Below, piece by piece: positions 32,142 to 43,850 of a stretch of 64,000 bases of DNA. Made by a program: the position numbers and the translations under genes. Numbering within the stretch: the first letter of the stretch is position 1; every line of letters begins with the position of its first letter. The stretch spans positions 512,001 to 576,000 of the forward strand of contig CAWDVP010000002.1 in the NCBI GenBank assembly GCA_963805945.1, given 5' to 3'. The notes beneath the pieces were generated by a model. That model searched no databases. It worked only from the letters and a program-made list of their open reading frames with translations, and was not told where the DNA came from. The DNA comes from Vulcanimicrobiota bacterium (GTDB lineage: Bacteria > Vulcanimicrobiota > Vulcanimicrobiia > Eremiobacterales > Eremiobacteraceae).

Positions 32142-32170
32142 AGTATAACATACCGTCCGACACAGAACAA
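32142..32170 (-). promoter_or_regulatory. Sigma70-type promoter
   Basis: TTGTTC-17 nt-TATACT with extended TG. Confidence 0.55.
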
Positions 32171-32206
32171 GGGTGTGGAGGACTTGACATTTCGGCGCGA
32201 AGCGTT

Positions 32207-33016
32207 CTATAGAATCTTCGCTGCGCGCGCGAGTTCGTAGAGCAGAATCGACCCTGCCATGGCCACGTTGAGCGAGTCGCCGGCGGGTCGTTGGGGGATG
32301 CCGACCTCGATCGCACCGGCCGTCGCAGGTATCCCCTCTAAACCGCGACGTTCGTTGCCCAGAACGAGCGCGGCCCGGCCCGGCAACGACACCGAACGTA
32401 CGTCCGATGCCCCGGCCGCAGCGCCGACGATCGTCAGGCCGGTCGAGGCCAGCGCGGAGGCGAGCTGCGACCACTCCCCATAGCGCACGATCGCGACCCG
32501 GAACAGCGCCCCCATGCTCGCGCGCACGAGTTTGTCGTTGTACGGCTCGACCGAGGTGGGGCCGAAGCACACCGCGCCGGCGCCGAAGGCCTCCGCGCTG
32601 CGCACCAAAGTGCCCGCGTTACCGGGGTCGTCGATGTCGTGGAGGATGAGGGTGAGGGCCGGAGCCGGTGCGGCGGGCAGCACGACGCCGAGAGCCTCAA
32701 CGCCGCGTTCCAAGAACGGCACTTGCGCTACGAGGCCTTGCGGCGTGCGCGTCTGCGACAGCGAATCGAGCGTGCGCTCGTCCACCGCGAACGAGGGTGC
32801 GCCCGAGGATTCTGACTGCGCGGCGGCATCGTCCACTGCGGCGCTCGCGCCGGGCACGAAGAAGACGGCGCTCGGCACATGGCCGGTCGCGAGCGCCGCG
32901 TCGAGCAGCGCCGGCCCTTCGATGAGAAAACACCGCGCCTGGGCGCGGTGTTTCTTGGTGTGGAGCAGACGCGCCGCGCGCACCTGCGAGCTATGGAAGC
33001 CCGCCGCGGCGGCCAC
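32207..33016 (-). CDS. TrmH/SpoU-family RNA methyltransferase
   Basis: DPGNAGTLVRSA, VRASMG, LGNE..G and SLNVAMA. Confidence 0.9.
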   Translation of the reverse strand: MAAAAGFHSSQVRAARLLHTKKHRAQARCFLIEGPALLDAALATGHVPSAVFFVPGASAAVDDAAAQSESSGAPSFAVDERTLDSLSQTRTPQGLVAQVPFLERGVEALGVVLPAAPAPALTLILHDIDDPGNAGTLVRSAEAFGAGAVCFGPTSVEPYNDKLVRASMGALFRVAIVRYGEWSQLASALASTGLTIVGAAAGASDVRSVSLPGRAALVLGNERRGLEGIPATAGAIEVGIPQRPAGDSLNVAMAGSILLYELARAAKIL

Positions 33017-33021
33017 CGGCG

Positions 33022-33393
33022 TTAGACTCCGGCGGCGGCGGGCGCGTGCTTCTTGGCGATCTCGAGCAGGCGCGCGAACGCCGCTGCGTCGTTGATGGCT
33101 AGATCGGCGAGCACTTTGCGGTTGACGGTGAGGCCCTCTTTCTTGAGGCCGCTCATGAAGCGGCTGTAGGTGAGACCCTCACGTCGCGCCGCGGCGTTGA
33201 TGCGCGCGATCCACAGCGCGCGGAAATCGCGCTTGCGATTGCGCCGGTCGCGAAACGCATAGGTGAGCGCATGCAGCAGCGCTTCGTTCGCCGCCTTGTA
33301 GTTGCGGCCGCGGGCGCCGCGGAAGCCCTTGACCGCCTTCAACACTTTGCGTCGCTTGTTCAGCGACATCATCCCGCGTTTTACTCGTGCCAT
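33022..33393 (-). CDS. rplT: 50S ribosomal protein L20
   Basis: MARVKRG, KRDFRALWIARINAA. Confidence 0.98.
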   Translation of the reverse strand: MARVKRGMMSLNKRRKVLKAVKGFRGARGRNYKAANEALLHALTYAFRDRRNRKRDFRALWIARINAAARREGLTYSRFMSGLKKEGLTVNRKVLADLAINDAAAFARLLEIAKKHAPAAAGV

Positions 33394-33419
33394 TGTGACG
33401 TTTCCCTATCCCGTCGCCA

Positions 33420-33623
33420 TTAGGCGTACGGCAGCTTGAGCTTGATCTTGAGCCGATCCGTCTTGTCCACGACCACCTGCTTGCGGAACTTGCGGATCCG
33501 CTTCGGCGACTTCTTGGTGAGGATGTGGCTGCATCCGGAGAACTGGCGCTCGCGCACGAACTTGCCCGTGCCCGTGACCTTCACGCGCTTGGCGGTGCTG
33601 CGATGCGTTTTCAATTTAGGCAT
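33420..33623 (-). CDS. rpmI: 50S ribosomal protein L35
   Basis: MPKLKTH...KRVKVTGTGK...HILTKK. Confidence 0.95.
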   Translation of the reverse strand: MPKLKTHRSTAKRVKVTGTGKFVRERQFSGCSHILTKKSPKRIRKFRKQVVVDKTDRLKIKLKLPYA

Positions 33624-34239
33624 TATTGACCTCAAGTGACTTGGGTTGGTGATGCTTGCCGTGTTCTGCGGCTTGCGCCGCCGCCGCGATGTGCGCCGCC
33701 TTGGCGGCGCTGTGCGCGGCGACCACTTCCGGCTTGGGCGACAGGATCATGAACATGTTGCGCCCTTCCAGCCGTGGTTCGCGCTCGACGATGGCGAGCG
33801 GTGCGGTGTCCTGCGCGACGCGGTCGAGCAATCTGCGGCCGTGTTGCGAGTACGAGATCTCTCGTCCGCGGAACATGATGGTCACTTTCACCTTGTCGCC
33901 GTCCTGGAGCAGCCGTTCGGCGGTGTGGAACTTCACCATGTAGTCGTGGTCGTCGATCTTCGGTCGGAGCTTGACCTCTTTGAGCTCCATCTTATGCGAT
34001 TTCTTGCGCGTCTCGCGGTCCTTCTTGTCCTGCTCGTAGCGGAGCCGGCCGTAATCGTCGAGGCGGCATACCGGCGGCACCGCGGTGGGCGAGACTTCGA
34101 TCAGGTCGACCCCGCGCTCCCGGGCGAGCCGGATGGCGTCGTAGGTGGACATGATGCCGAGTTGGGCTCCGTCATCCGCGATGACGCGGACCTGGGGGAC
34201 GCGGATCTGTTCGTTGACGCGAAGCGCTTTGGTGCTAAT
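33616..34239 (-). CDS. infC: Translation initiation factor IF-3 (probable ATT start)
   Basis: ISTKALRVNEQIR, PPVCR, KEVKLRPKID.HD and GDKVKVTIMFRGRE. Confidence 0.95.
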   Translation of the reverse strand: MSTKALRVNEQIRVPQVRVIADDGAQLGIMSTYDAIRLARERGVDLIEVSPTAVPPVCRLDDYGRLRYEQDKKDRETRKKSHKMELKEVKLRPKIDDHDYMVKFHTAERLLQDGDKVKVTIMFRGREISYSQHGRRLLDRVAQDTAPLAIVEREPRLEGRNMFMILSPKPEVVAAHSAAKAAHIAAAAQAAEHGKHHQPKSLEVNNA

Positions 34240-34302
34240 GGCGGCTGCGCTCGCCGCGCGTCATCTCAATGGTAAGCGTTGGCGACCTCCTCATGGTACG
34301 CG

Positions 34303-34432
34303 AACAAAAAAAGCCCGCGTGCTGCAGGCTACCCTCAAAGACAAAGCGTGTGCTTGTGATTGCGGCCTTCGTCTTTGTGCGACCGGACTGGCAGCCGGAT
34401 GGCGCCGTACGGTGCGAAGGGTAGTCGTTTAG
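34303..34432 (-). promoter_or_regulatory. Structured infC leader with terminator (L20 leader-like)
   Basis: CTACCCTT/GAGGGTAG long-range pairing, then GCCTGC-AGCAC-GCGGGC and a T tract. Confidence 0.6.
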
Positions 34433-34441
34433 TGCCCCCGG

Positions 34442-34471
34442 ATTATATCAGGCAGCGCGTCGAACCGTCAA
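34442..34471 (-). promoter_or_regulatory. Sigma70 promoter of the infC operon
   Basis: TTGACG-18 nt-TATAAT with extended TG. Confidence 0.75.
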
Positions 34472-34517
34472 CCTTTGGCGGGTTTCCGTGAGCGGGACGC
34501 ACGTCATTCGGGCCTTT

Positions 34518-34880
34518 TCACTCGCTTAGGATCTTGTTCGACCACTCCACCAAAGCGACGAGAGTCGCCGGCGTCGCGAACGTCGCGTTCTTACCGGCCA
34601 GATCCGCTTGTTCGACCCCACGGGCCTTCGAGCAAGCGGTTCAGACATGGATCGGGATCTTGAGGCCGATCGTGCGGACGAGGACCTCGCGCAGCGGCGG
34701 CCAGCCGATCGGCTGAATCGTGTCTGCCACCGCCGTGCGCATGAGCGACACGGCCTCGCCCAAGAGGAAGATCTGGACCTCGTTGCCGGATTCGGCGAAC
34801 GCGTTGGCGTGGAGAAAGCCGAACGCGGCTTTGGTGTGGTCGTCGGCGCCCCACGCGCTCTTGATCAAGACCTTGCTCAC
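34518..34880 (-). CDS. DsrE-family selenoprotein (UGA at 34641-34643, UxxC)
   Basis: The frame continues past TGA as HV-U-TACSKARGV...LVEWSNKILSE; hairpin immediately 3' of the UGA. Confidence 0.85.
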
Positions 34881-35272
34881 GATGTCGTCACCTTGGCTTC
34901 TCCGCCGCGCGGACCCCAGAAGATCACCCAGGTGGCGAAGTCGTCGCTGAAATGCTCGAAGCGATGCGCGACGCCCGCCGGCACGAACAGCACATCGTGC
35001 GGGCCGAACTCGCGCCGGCTCTCGCCGTTACGGAACCAGCCGTGCCCCGAGATGATGACGTAGAGCTCGTCTCTGCCGTGCGGCGTTTGCGGATCGTCGC
35101 CGCGCGGGGCGTAGTACTCGAGCTCCATCGTGCCGTGCGCCATGACGTGCACGGAGATGTCGTCGGTGAGCGGCGTCGCGGCAGCCGCCGCCGCGGTCGC
35201 GTGGTCCGAGCTTCGCTCGGGCACCATAGGCTCAGGCTCCATGCCGATGCGTTCGCCGGTGCGCCGCCGCAC
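34877..35272 (-). CDS. Cupin-domain protein
   Basis: QTPH..DELY.I.SG.G and FVPAG..HRF. Confidence 0.85.
   Translation of the reverse strand: MRRRTGERIGMEPEPMVPERSSDHATAAAAAATPLTDDISVHVMAHGTMELEYYAPRGDDPQTPHGRDELYVIISGHGWFRNGESRREFGPHDVLFVPAGVAHRFEHFSDDFATWVIFWGPRGGEAKVTTS
35205..35227 (-). repeat. REP-like palindrome family B inside the cupin 5' end
   Basis: ATGGTGCCCGAGCGAAGCTCGGA. Confidence 0.6.
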
Positions 35273-35367
35273 ACTCTACAGCGCAGGCGAGCCCTGTCCA
35301 CAGCGCGAAAAACCACCCGGCAGCCCCTTATAGTAAGGATAGAAGGCGCGCGAAGGGACACCGATTC

Positions 35368-37075
<1,708 letters not shown>

Positions 37076-37078
37076 AGC

Positions 37079-37486
37079 ATGGCGCGCCCGATCCGCATCC
37101 TTGTCGCCAAAGCCGGTCTTGACGGTCACGATCGCGGGGCGAAGGTCATCGCCCGCGCGCTCCGCGACGCCGGCTGCGAGGTGATCTACACCGGCCTGCA
37201 CCAGACGCCCGAGCAGGTCGTCGAGGCCGCGATCCAAGAGGACGTCGACGGCATCGGTCTCTCGATCTTGTCGGGCGCGCACGGCACGCTGTTCCCTCGC
37301 ATCAAGCAGTTGCTCGATGAGGCGAAAGCGAGCGACATCGTGCTCTTCGGCGGCGGCACGATCCCGAACGAGGACATCCAGCCGCTGCTCGACGCCGGCG
37401 TCGCCGCGGTGTTCACGCCGGGCACGCCGATGGCGACCATCGTCGACTTCGTGCGCCGCGAATGCGGCAAGCGAGTCGAAGCATAG
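37079..37486 (+). CDS. Cobalamin-binding small subunit of acyl-CoA mutase
   Basis: [17 protein letters not shown] and FTPG. Confidence 0.95.
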   Translation: MARPIRILVAKAGLDGHDRGAKVIARALRDAGCEVIYTGLHQTPEQVVEAAIQEDVDGIGLSILSGAHGTLFPRIKQLLDEAKASDIVLFGGGTIPNEDIQPLLDAGVAAVFTPGTPMATIVDFVRRECGKRVEA

Positions 37487-37518
37487 GTAAGGACGACAGC
37501 ACTCTGAGGGCGCCGCAC

Positions 37519-39013
37519 GTGAGAGTGCGGTTTGCGCCCAGCCCGACCGGCTATCTGCACGTGGGCGGCGCGCGCACCGCGCTCTTCAATTGGCTCTTCG
37601 CCCGTCATAACGGCGGTGAGTTCGTGTTGCGCGTCGAGGACACCGACGCGACGCGCTACTCCGACGAATACGTCGACGCGATCTATCGCGCGCTGCGCTG
37701 GCTCGATCTCGACTGGGACGAAGGGCCGGACGTCGGCGGGCCGTTCGGGCCGTATCGCCAGCGCGAGCGCATCGCCTCGCATCGCGCGGCGGCGCAGGAG
37801 CTGATGGCGCGCGGCGCGGCTTATGAATGTTTTTGCGGCCCGCGCGCCGTCGAAGAACCGGCGGAAGGCGATGACGCGCCCGAAACGGAGACGGCTGCCG
37901 CGCCGGAGCGCATGACTTGCAAGTGCGCGGTCCTTGATCAGAAGAAGCGCGAGGAGCTGCGCGGTCAGGGCATCCGGCCGGCGCTCCGCATGCGCGTCGA
38001 CCCCACGCGCGCGATCCTGGTGGACGACATGGTGCGCGGGAAGGTGGAGTTCCCGGCGGGCTCGCTCGACGATTTCATCATCGTCAAGAGCGACGGCGGC
38101 CCGCTCTACAATTTCGCGGTCGACGGTCGACGATCACGCGATGGAGATCTCGCACGTCATCCGCGGCGAAGAGCATCTCGCGAACACGCCCAAGCAGCTG
38201 CTCATCTACGAGGCGCTGGGCTGGCAGCCGCCGCGCTTCGCGCACATCCCGATCATCCTCAACGAAGCGCGCCGCAAGCTGAGCAAGCGCGACGGCGCGA
38301 CCTTCGTCAACGAATACGAGGATATGGGCTACCTGCCCGACGCGCTCGACAACTTCTTGGCGCTGCTGGGCTGGTCGCCCGGCGGCAACCGTGAGCTGAT
38401 GACGCGCGAGGAGATGATCCGCGACTTCACCATCGAGGGCGTCGTCAAGCACGCCGCGATCTTCGACCACGCCAAGCTCGCGTGGATGAACAAAGAGTAC
38501 TTGAAGGCGCTGCCGCCGCAGGAGCTGGCGCAGCGCGTCGCCGCGCTGCTCGCGACGCGCACGCCGCCGCCAGACCGCATCGACGAGGCGCACGTCGCGC
38601 GCGTCACCGCGTTGCTGCAGGAGCGGGCGCGGACCGTCGTCGAGATCGCCGATCAGGGCGCATATTTCTTCACGCGCGGTCCGGTCGAGCCGGCGCCCGA
38701 AGCGCTCGCGAAGTACTGCGCGACGCCGGAGGCCCTCGAGCGTCTACGAGAGGTGCGGATTGCACTTGCTGGAGCGGTCGACTTCGCGTCGACCGACATA
38801 GAAGTCGCCATTCGAGGCCTCGCCGAGCGGTCGGGCCACAAGGCCGCTGCGTTCATCCATCCTCTGCGCGTGGCGCTCACCGGTCAATCGGTGAGCCCCG
38901 GCATCTTCGAGGTCACGAGCATCCTGGGGCGCGAGGTCGCGCTCGCGCGCATCGACGCGCTGCTCGCGCGGCTGCAGACCTCGCCCGCCGTCGCGGCGAA
39001 GGGCGGGTCATGA
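37519..39013 (+). CDS. gltX: Glutamate-tRNA ligase (frameshift at about 38120)
   Basis: RFAPSPTGYLHVGG, RVEDTD, HVIRGEEH, KLSKR and anticodon domain. Confidence 0.95.
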
Positions 39014-40365
39014 GCACCGCGCGCGCGATCATATTGGCGGCAGGCAAAGGCACGCGCATGAAGAGCCGTGTGCCGAAGGTGCTGCACGAGCTGTGCGGCC
39101 GCACGATGTTCGAGCACGTGCTCCACGCTGTCAGGGATGCCGGCATCAGCGACATCCTCGCCGTGGTGAACGCCGATCTGCGCGCCCCGATCGAGGCGTT
39201 CGGCGTGCGCACGCTCGTGCAAGAGCCGCAGAACGGCACCGGTCACGCAGCGCAACTCGCGATGGCAGCGCTCGCGGGCGATGATCCCGTGCTCATCGTC
39301 AGCGCGGACATGCCGCTGCTGCCGGCGCGAACTGCTCGCGTCGGTCGTCGGCGTTCGAGGCACAACCGGCGCCGCCGCCGCGCTCGTCACCGCCGACGTG
39401 CCGCTGCCGACCGCATTCGGCAGGATCGTGCGCTCGCGCGGCTCGGTCGCGCGCATCGTCGAGCACGCGGACGCGACGCCGCAAGAGCGTCTGGTCGACA
39501 GAAGTGAACGCGGGCGTCTACTGCTTCGACGCGCCGTCGCTGCGCACGTATCTCGCGGGCTTGAGCGCCGCCAACGCGCAGAAGGAGCTCTATCTCACCG
39601 ACTGCATCGAGGCGGCGGTCGAGGCAGGCGCGCTCGTCGAGGCGGTCACCGCCAAGAATCATCGCGACGTCATCGGGGTCAACACTCGCGTCGACCTCGC
39701 GCTGGCGCGCGCGATCATGCAGCGGCGCATCCTGCGCGCGCACATGCTCGCGGGGGTGACGATCGTCGACCCTATGACGGCCTACGTCGACGCCGACGTC
39801 GAACTCGCCCCCGATGTCGCGTTGCTGCCGCAGACCCACGTGCTTGGCACCAGCCGCGTGGGGCGCGGTGCGCGCATCGGACCCGAACACGAGCGTCATC
39901 AACGCCGAGATCGGCGAGGGCGCGGTCATCACGTATTCAGTGGTGCGTGACTCGAAGATCGGCGAGGGCGCGACGCTCGGCCCGTTCGCGCACGTGCGCG
40001 GTGGTACGGAGATCGCGGCGGGCGCGCACATCGGCAACTTCGTCGAGCTCAAGAACACGAAGATGGGCCGCGGTGCGAAGGCGAGCCATCTGTCGTACCT
40101 CGGCGACGCTGAGATCGGCGAGAACGCGAACATCGGCGCGGGCACGATCACGTGCAACTACGACGGCAACCGCAAGAACAAGACGAAGATCGGCGCACGC
40201 GCCTTCATCGGCTCGAACACCTCACTTGTCGCGCCGGTGGAAATCGGTGAAGATGCATTGACCGGCGCTGGCGCGGTCGTCACGCACGACGTGCCGCCCG
40301 GCGGACGGGTCGCCGGCAATCCCGCTCGTCCGCTGCGCGATAAGGAGCGTTCCGACACGCCATGA
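39010..40365 (+). CDS. glmU: Bifunctional GlmU (indels)
   Basis: [31 protein letters not shown] and [13 protein letters not shown]. Confidence 0.95.
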
Positions 40366-41603
40366 GCGCCGTCTCGCACGGCTCGTACGTCGTCGCGACG
40401 GCGTTCTTGCTGCTCGCCGCCGCCATCGTGATCGCGCAAGGCTTGATCATCGTGCGGCTGCGCCGTCGCTCCGCGCGCGCCGAGCGGCGCTTCGAGATGC
40501 TCCAGCACATCGCGCCCGCGCTCAGCGGCGCCGCGGCCGAATCCACCGCCGCCACCTGCGAGCGCATCCTCGATCGGTGCAGCGCGCTCGTGCGCGCGCA
40601 GTCGTTGCTCTGCTTCTACGTCGAAGATGCGCACCTTGTGCTCGGCGCGCGGACCGGCGGCGGCTACGTCGATTTCCTCAAGGAAGGCGACGCCTACGAC
40701 GGCGAGACGATCGCCGACTGGGTGCGCCGCGAGGGTAGGGCCGCGATCGTCGGGCCCGCGCCCGCCGCGCTGCCGCCCGATCTCGGCGTGTACGATCTCA
40801 CCGTCGAAGCGGATAGAGTCGCGGCGGGGCCGATCGCGGGCAGCCGCGACACCGTATGGTGCGTCGCGGTGCCGCTCATGCGTCCGCCCACCGGCAGTGA
40901 GCGCTCGGCGGTCATCGGCGTCGTGTATGCCGACCGTCCGAAGACCGAGCCGTTCCGCGAAGACGATGTGACGACGCTGCTCACCATCGCACACCTCGCT
41001 GGCGACGCTCTGGCGCGCGCGCTCTTCGCCGACCGCGTGAAGCACGAGGCTTCGCGCGACGCGCTCACCGGCCTGCTCAGCCCGGCGGGCTTCCGCAAGC
41101 GGCTACGTGCAGAAGTGGACGCGCGCCGGAATGAGACGCGCCGCGGCGCCAACCGCGACGTCGCGCTGTTCTTCATCGACACCGATCACTTCAAGGTCTG
41201 GAACGACACTCACGGGCACCCGTCGGGCGACCAACTGCTCCGTCGTCTCGCCGCGATGTTCGCGCAGACGGCGGAACAAGCGCACGGCTTCGCCGGCCGC
41301 AACGGCGGCGACGAGTTCTGCATCGCGCTCCTCGACCGCAACAAAGACGCCTCGATCCAGCTCGCGCAAGACCTGTGCTCGAGCGTGGCGGTCGCCGACT
41401 TCGCGTCGCTCGTGCCGAACTCGGTGACGCCCGGCGTGCACATCACGGTGAGCATCGGCGTGGCGCACTTCCCGATGGACGTGCCGCCCGATGATCGCCA
41501 ACCGACCGAGCGGCTCTTGGAAGCGGCCGATCAGCGCATGTACGAGGCCAAGCACGCGGGGCGTAATCAAGTGGCGTATTCACGCGCGCGCTTGCGCGCC
41601 TAG
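40362..41603 (+). CDS. Membrane-anchored GAF-GGDEF diguanylate cyclase
   Basis: N-terminal TM, GAF, DALTGL, DHFK.WND..GH and GGDEF. Confidence 0.9.
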   Translation: MSAVSHGSYVVATAFLLLAAAIVIAQGLIIVRLRRRSARAERRFEMLQHIAPALSGAAAESTAATCERILDRCSALVRAQSLLCFYVEDAHLVLGARTGGGYVDFLKEGDAYDGETIADWVRREGRAAIVGPAPAALPPDLGVYDLTVEADRVAAGPIAGSRDTVWCVAVPLMRPPTGSERSAVIGVVYADRPKTEPFREDDVTTLLTIAHLAGDALARALFADRVKHEASRDALTGLLSPAGFRKRLRAEVDARRNETRRGANRDVALFFIDTDHFKVWNDTHGHPSGDQLLRRLAAMFAQTAEQAHGFAGRNGGDEFCIALLDRNKDASIQLAQDLCSSVAVADFASLVPNSVTPGVHITVSIGVAHFPMDVPPDDRQPTERLLEAADQRMYEAKHAGRNQVAYSRARLRA

Positions 41604-41624
41604 AACGGTCAATTCGAACTCGAT

Positions 41625-42173
41625 ATGCGGATGAAGGCTTCGTCGAACATACGGACGCAGCGCTTGACAGGCCGCCGGATTCAGCGAAACGATCTCGCAT
41701 ACGTCATCGAAGGCGATCGCGACATCCGCATTCAGCGCTGGCTCTTCGGCAAGGTCTACACCGAAGAGGAATCCCGCGAGCGCCATGCCCGCTGGATGCA
41801 AGCGTGGCATGATGCCGGCTTCGGGTTTTGGATCTTCAGAGAAACTAAGGGCGCGATCGTCGGACATGGGGGCCTTTTCTGGTCTCCGCGCGAGCAAGGC
41901 GAGGTCGAAGTCGGCTACGCGCTTAAACCAGAGCACTGGGGGCGCGGCTTTGCGACCGAGATGACGCGGCTCTCGCTCGAGGTCGGCTTCGAGCAACTGG
42001 GCTTGCGGCGGATCATCGGCATCGCGCAAGGCGTCAATATGGCGTCGCGACGCGTCATGGAGAAATGCGGGATGAGCTTCGAAGCGGCAACGCCGTCACC
42101 CGACGGTGTCGACAGCGCCCGCTACGCGATCGAAGCGCGTTCGCAGAACGAGACCGCGCGAGCGGTCGAATGA
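41625..42173 (+). CDS. GNAT N-acetyltransferase (RimJ/RimL-like)
   Basis: EVGY...HWGRGFATE and N.ASRRVMEKCG. Confidence 0.9.
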   Translation: MRMKASSNIRTQRLTGRRIQRNDLAYVIEGDRDIRIQRWLFGKVYTEEESRERHARWMQAWHDAGFGFWIFRETKGAIVGHGGLFWSPREQGEVEVGYALKPEHWGRGFATEMTRLSLEVGFEQLGLRRIIGIAQGVNMASRRVMEKCGMSFEAATPSPDGVDSARYAIEARSQNETARAVE

Positions 42174-42185
42174 ATTCGACCGCTC
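42160..42185. repeat. Palindrome family C between convergent genes
   Basis: GAGCGGTCGAATGAATTCGACCGCTC. Confidence 0.7.
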
Positions 42186-42200
42186 CATGAGTCGTTCAGC

Positions 42201-42776
42201 TCAGTAGCCGGAGCGTTCCGGCGACGTGCGCTTGATCGTCACGCCGAAGCACTCGATCACCCACTCCAAGCCGCGCCAGAACCGCGTCGCGTCGAGGATC
42301 GGATTCAAGAAGTTCGTCGTCGTGCAGAAGCGGTATGCGTACGGCCGCTTGTGGTGTTCGCCGTGGTGGCCGACCGACTGGAAGAGCCCAAGGCGCTGCA
42401 GCCCGCGTACCCAGAAGGGGACGCTCTGCGAATGCGCCCACTTGTGGATCTGGTTGGACTGCGATGCGATCAGCACCGTCAGGTACGCCTGCCACGCGTG
42501 CACGTGGAAAGCGACCAAGATCCCCGCTACGACCACGGCGAGCGCGACCGTGACGAGGTTCGTCTCCCAATAGCCCTTGTTGCGCATCGAGCCGGGGCGG
42601 CGATGATGATCGATGTTGGGCAAGATGACCCACTTGTCCAAGAACGCAGACTTGCCGGGCGCGCCCCACGTGTCTTCGGCCCAGTGCCCAAGACCCGAGA
42701 TGAGGTCCGCGATCAAGAAACATACCAGCACATTCAATAGGATGTAAAGCATGACGGCCTCCTGTGGCAGTGCCAC
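42201..42776 (-). CDS. CarF/TMEM189/FAD4-family lipid desaturase
   Basis: ADLISGLGHWAEDTWG, HH, HKWAH, HH.EHH and FC.TT..LNPILD. Confidence 0.85.
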   Translation of the reverse strand: MALPQEAVMLYILLNVLVCFLIADLISGLGHWAEDTWGAPGKSAFLDKWVILPNIDHHRRPGSMRNKGYWETNLVTVALAVVVAGILVAFHVHAWQAYLTVLIASQSNQIHKWAHSQSVPFWVRGLQRLGLFQSVGHHGEHHKRPYAYRFCTTTNFLNPILDATRFWRGLEWVIECFGVTIKRTSPERSGY

Positions 42777-42869
42777 GGGGCCATGGTAGCGTTGGTGCCT
42801 GGTACGGGGAGTCCGTGAGATTACGTATTCGGCCCTCGGCGTATACGGAGGGGCCGGAAAGTGATGCGG

Positions 42870-43268
42870 CTAGGGGCTTTCCGCGTAGCCCTCCATCATG
42901 AGCGCGTACAGCGTTGCGGCGTCGCGCCGCGGTACGCCCCATTCGCGCAGCGCCTGGACGTCAAAACCCGTGTTGGTATGGGTCACGAGCGTCCAGCGGC
43001 AATAGCGTTTGACGAGCAGCGCTTCCTCGGTCATCTGCTCCTGCGACATCGGCCATGCCGCCAGTGCGTGGTCATGCACGATATAGATCCGATACGCATT
43101 GTCGGTCGGCACGCCCACGAGTCCGAGCGCCGCGATCTGCTCTTCGTCGGTCGCACCGCCGTGCCCGAAGCGCGGGCACAGCGTGAAATACAAGACGAGC
43201 AGCGCAAGAACGCTGATCGTGCCGATCAGCCAGGGCGCTCGACGCGTAGGCGGGGGCGCGCTCTTCAT
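42870..43268 (-). CDS. Hypothetical membrane-anchored protein
   Basis: ORF with N-terminal TM; start approximate. Confidence 0.5.
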   Translation of the reverse strand: MKSAPPPTRRAPWLIGTISVLALLVLYFTLCPRFGHGGATDEEQIAALGLVGVPTDNAYRIYIVHDHALAAWPMSQEQMTEEALLVKRYCRWTLVTHTNTGFDVQALREWGVPRRDAATLYALMMEGYAESP

Positions 43269-43347
43269 ACTAGAGAGCATCGGCCGATCACAACCGGAAG
43301 AGCACTCGACGATCTCGCGCGCGACCGCGAGCGCTCTTGCCGGTGTG

Positions 43348-43560
43348 TCAGGCGCACGGCAGCGAGGCCTGCTCGGCCGCGCGATCGCCCTCGATCGCAC
43401 GACCGAAGCCGACCAGCCAGCGTCCGAGCGCCCGTCGCCAACGCGACGGACCCCGCGAGCGCGCCGCGCGCAGCGCGGCTGCTAGATGCTCGCGCCCGAT
43501 CGCTTCGCGTACGTCGTCCTGTCGCGAACGTACTGCAGCGACCCAACTTCTGCCATCCAT
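43348..43560 (-). CDS. Small hypothetical protein
   Basis: GGAGG SD before MDGRSW; RRALGRWLV.FG amphipathic pattern. Confidence 0.4.
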   Translation of the reverse strand: MDGRSWVAAVRSRQDDVREAIGREHLAAALRAARSRGPSRWRRALGRWLVGFGRAIEGDRAAEQASLPCA

Positions 43561-43850
43561 GCTGTCACCTCCCTTCGATGAGCGTGAGAGAGAATAAAAC
43601 GAGGCCTCCGCGTTTGCGGAGGCCTCGCCACAGCATCGATGGGGTATCGCACCCCGCCCGCTAGGCAGAACCTCGCGCAACGCCAACACACGCGATCCCC
43701 TTCGGGATCGTGCACGTCATAAGCGTGGTCTTGCGGTTGCTCAAAAAACTCACTCCTCGAGCGTGGTCGAAAAACTCGACCGGACAGAGGAGCATGGTAT
43801 CACGAGCCAAGCGAGGTTGTCAAATCCACAGCGTAGAAACGCGCGGCACA

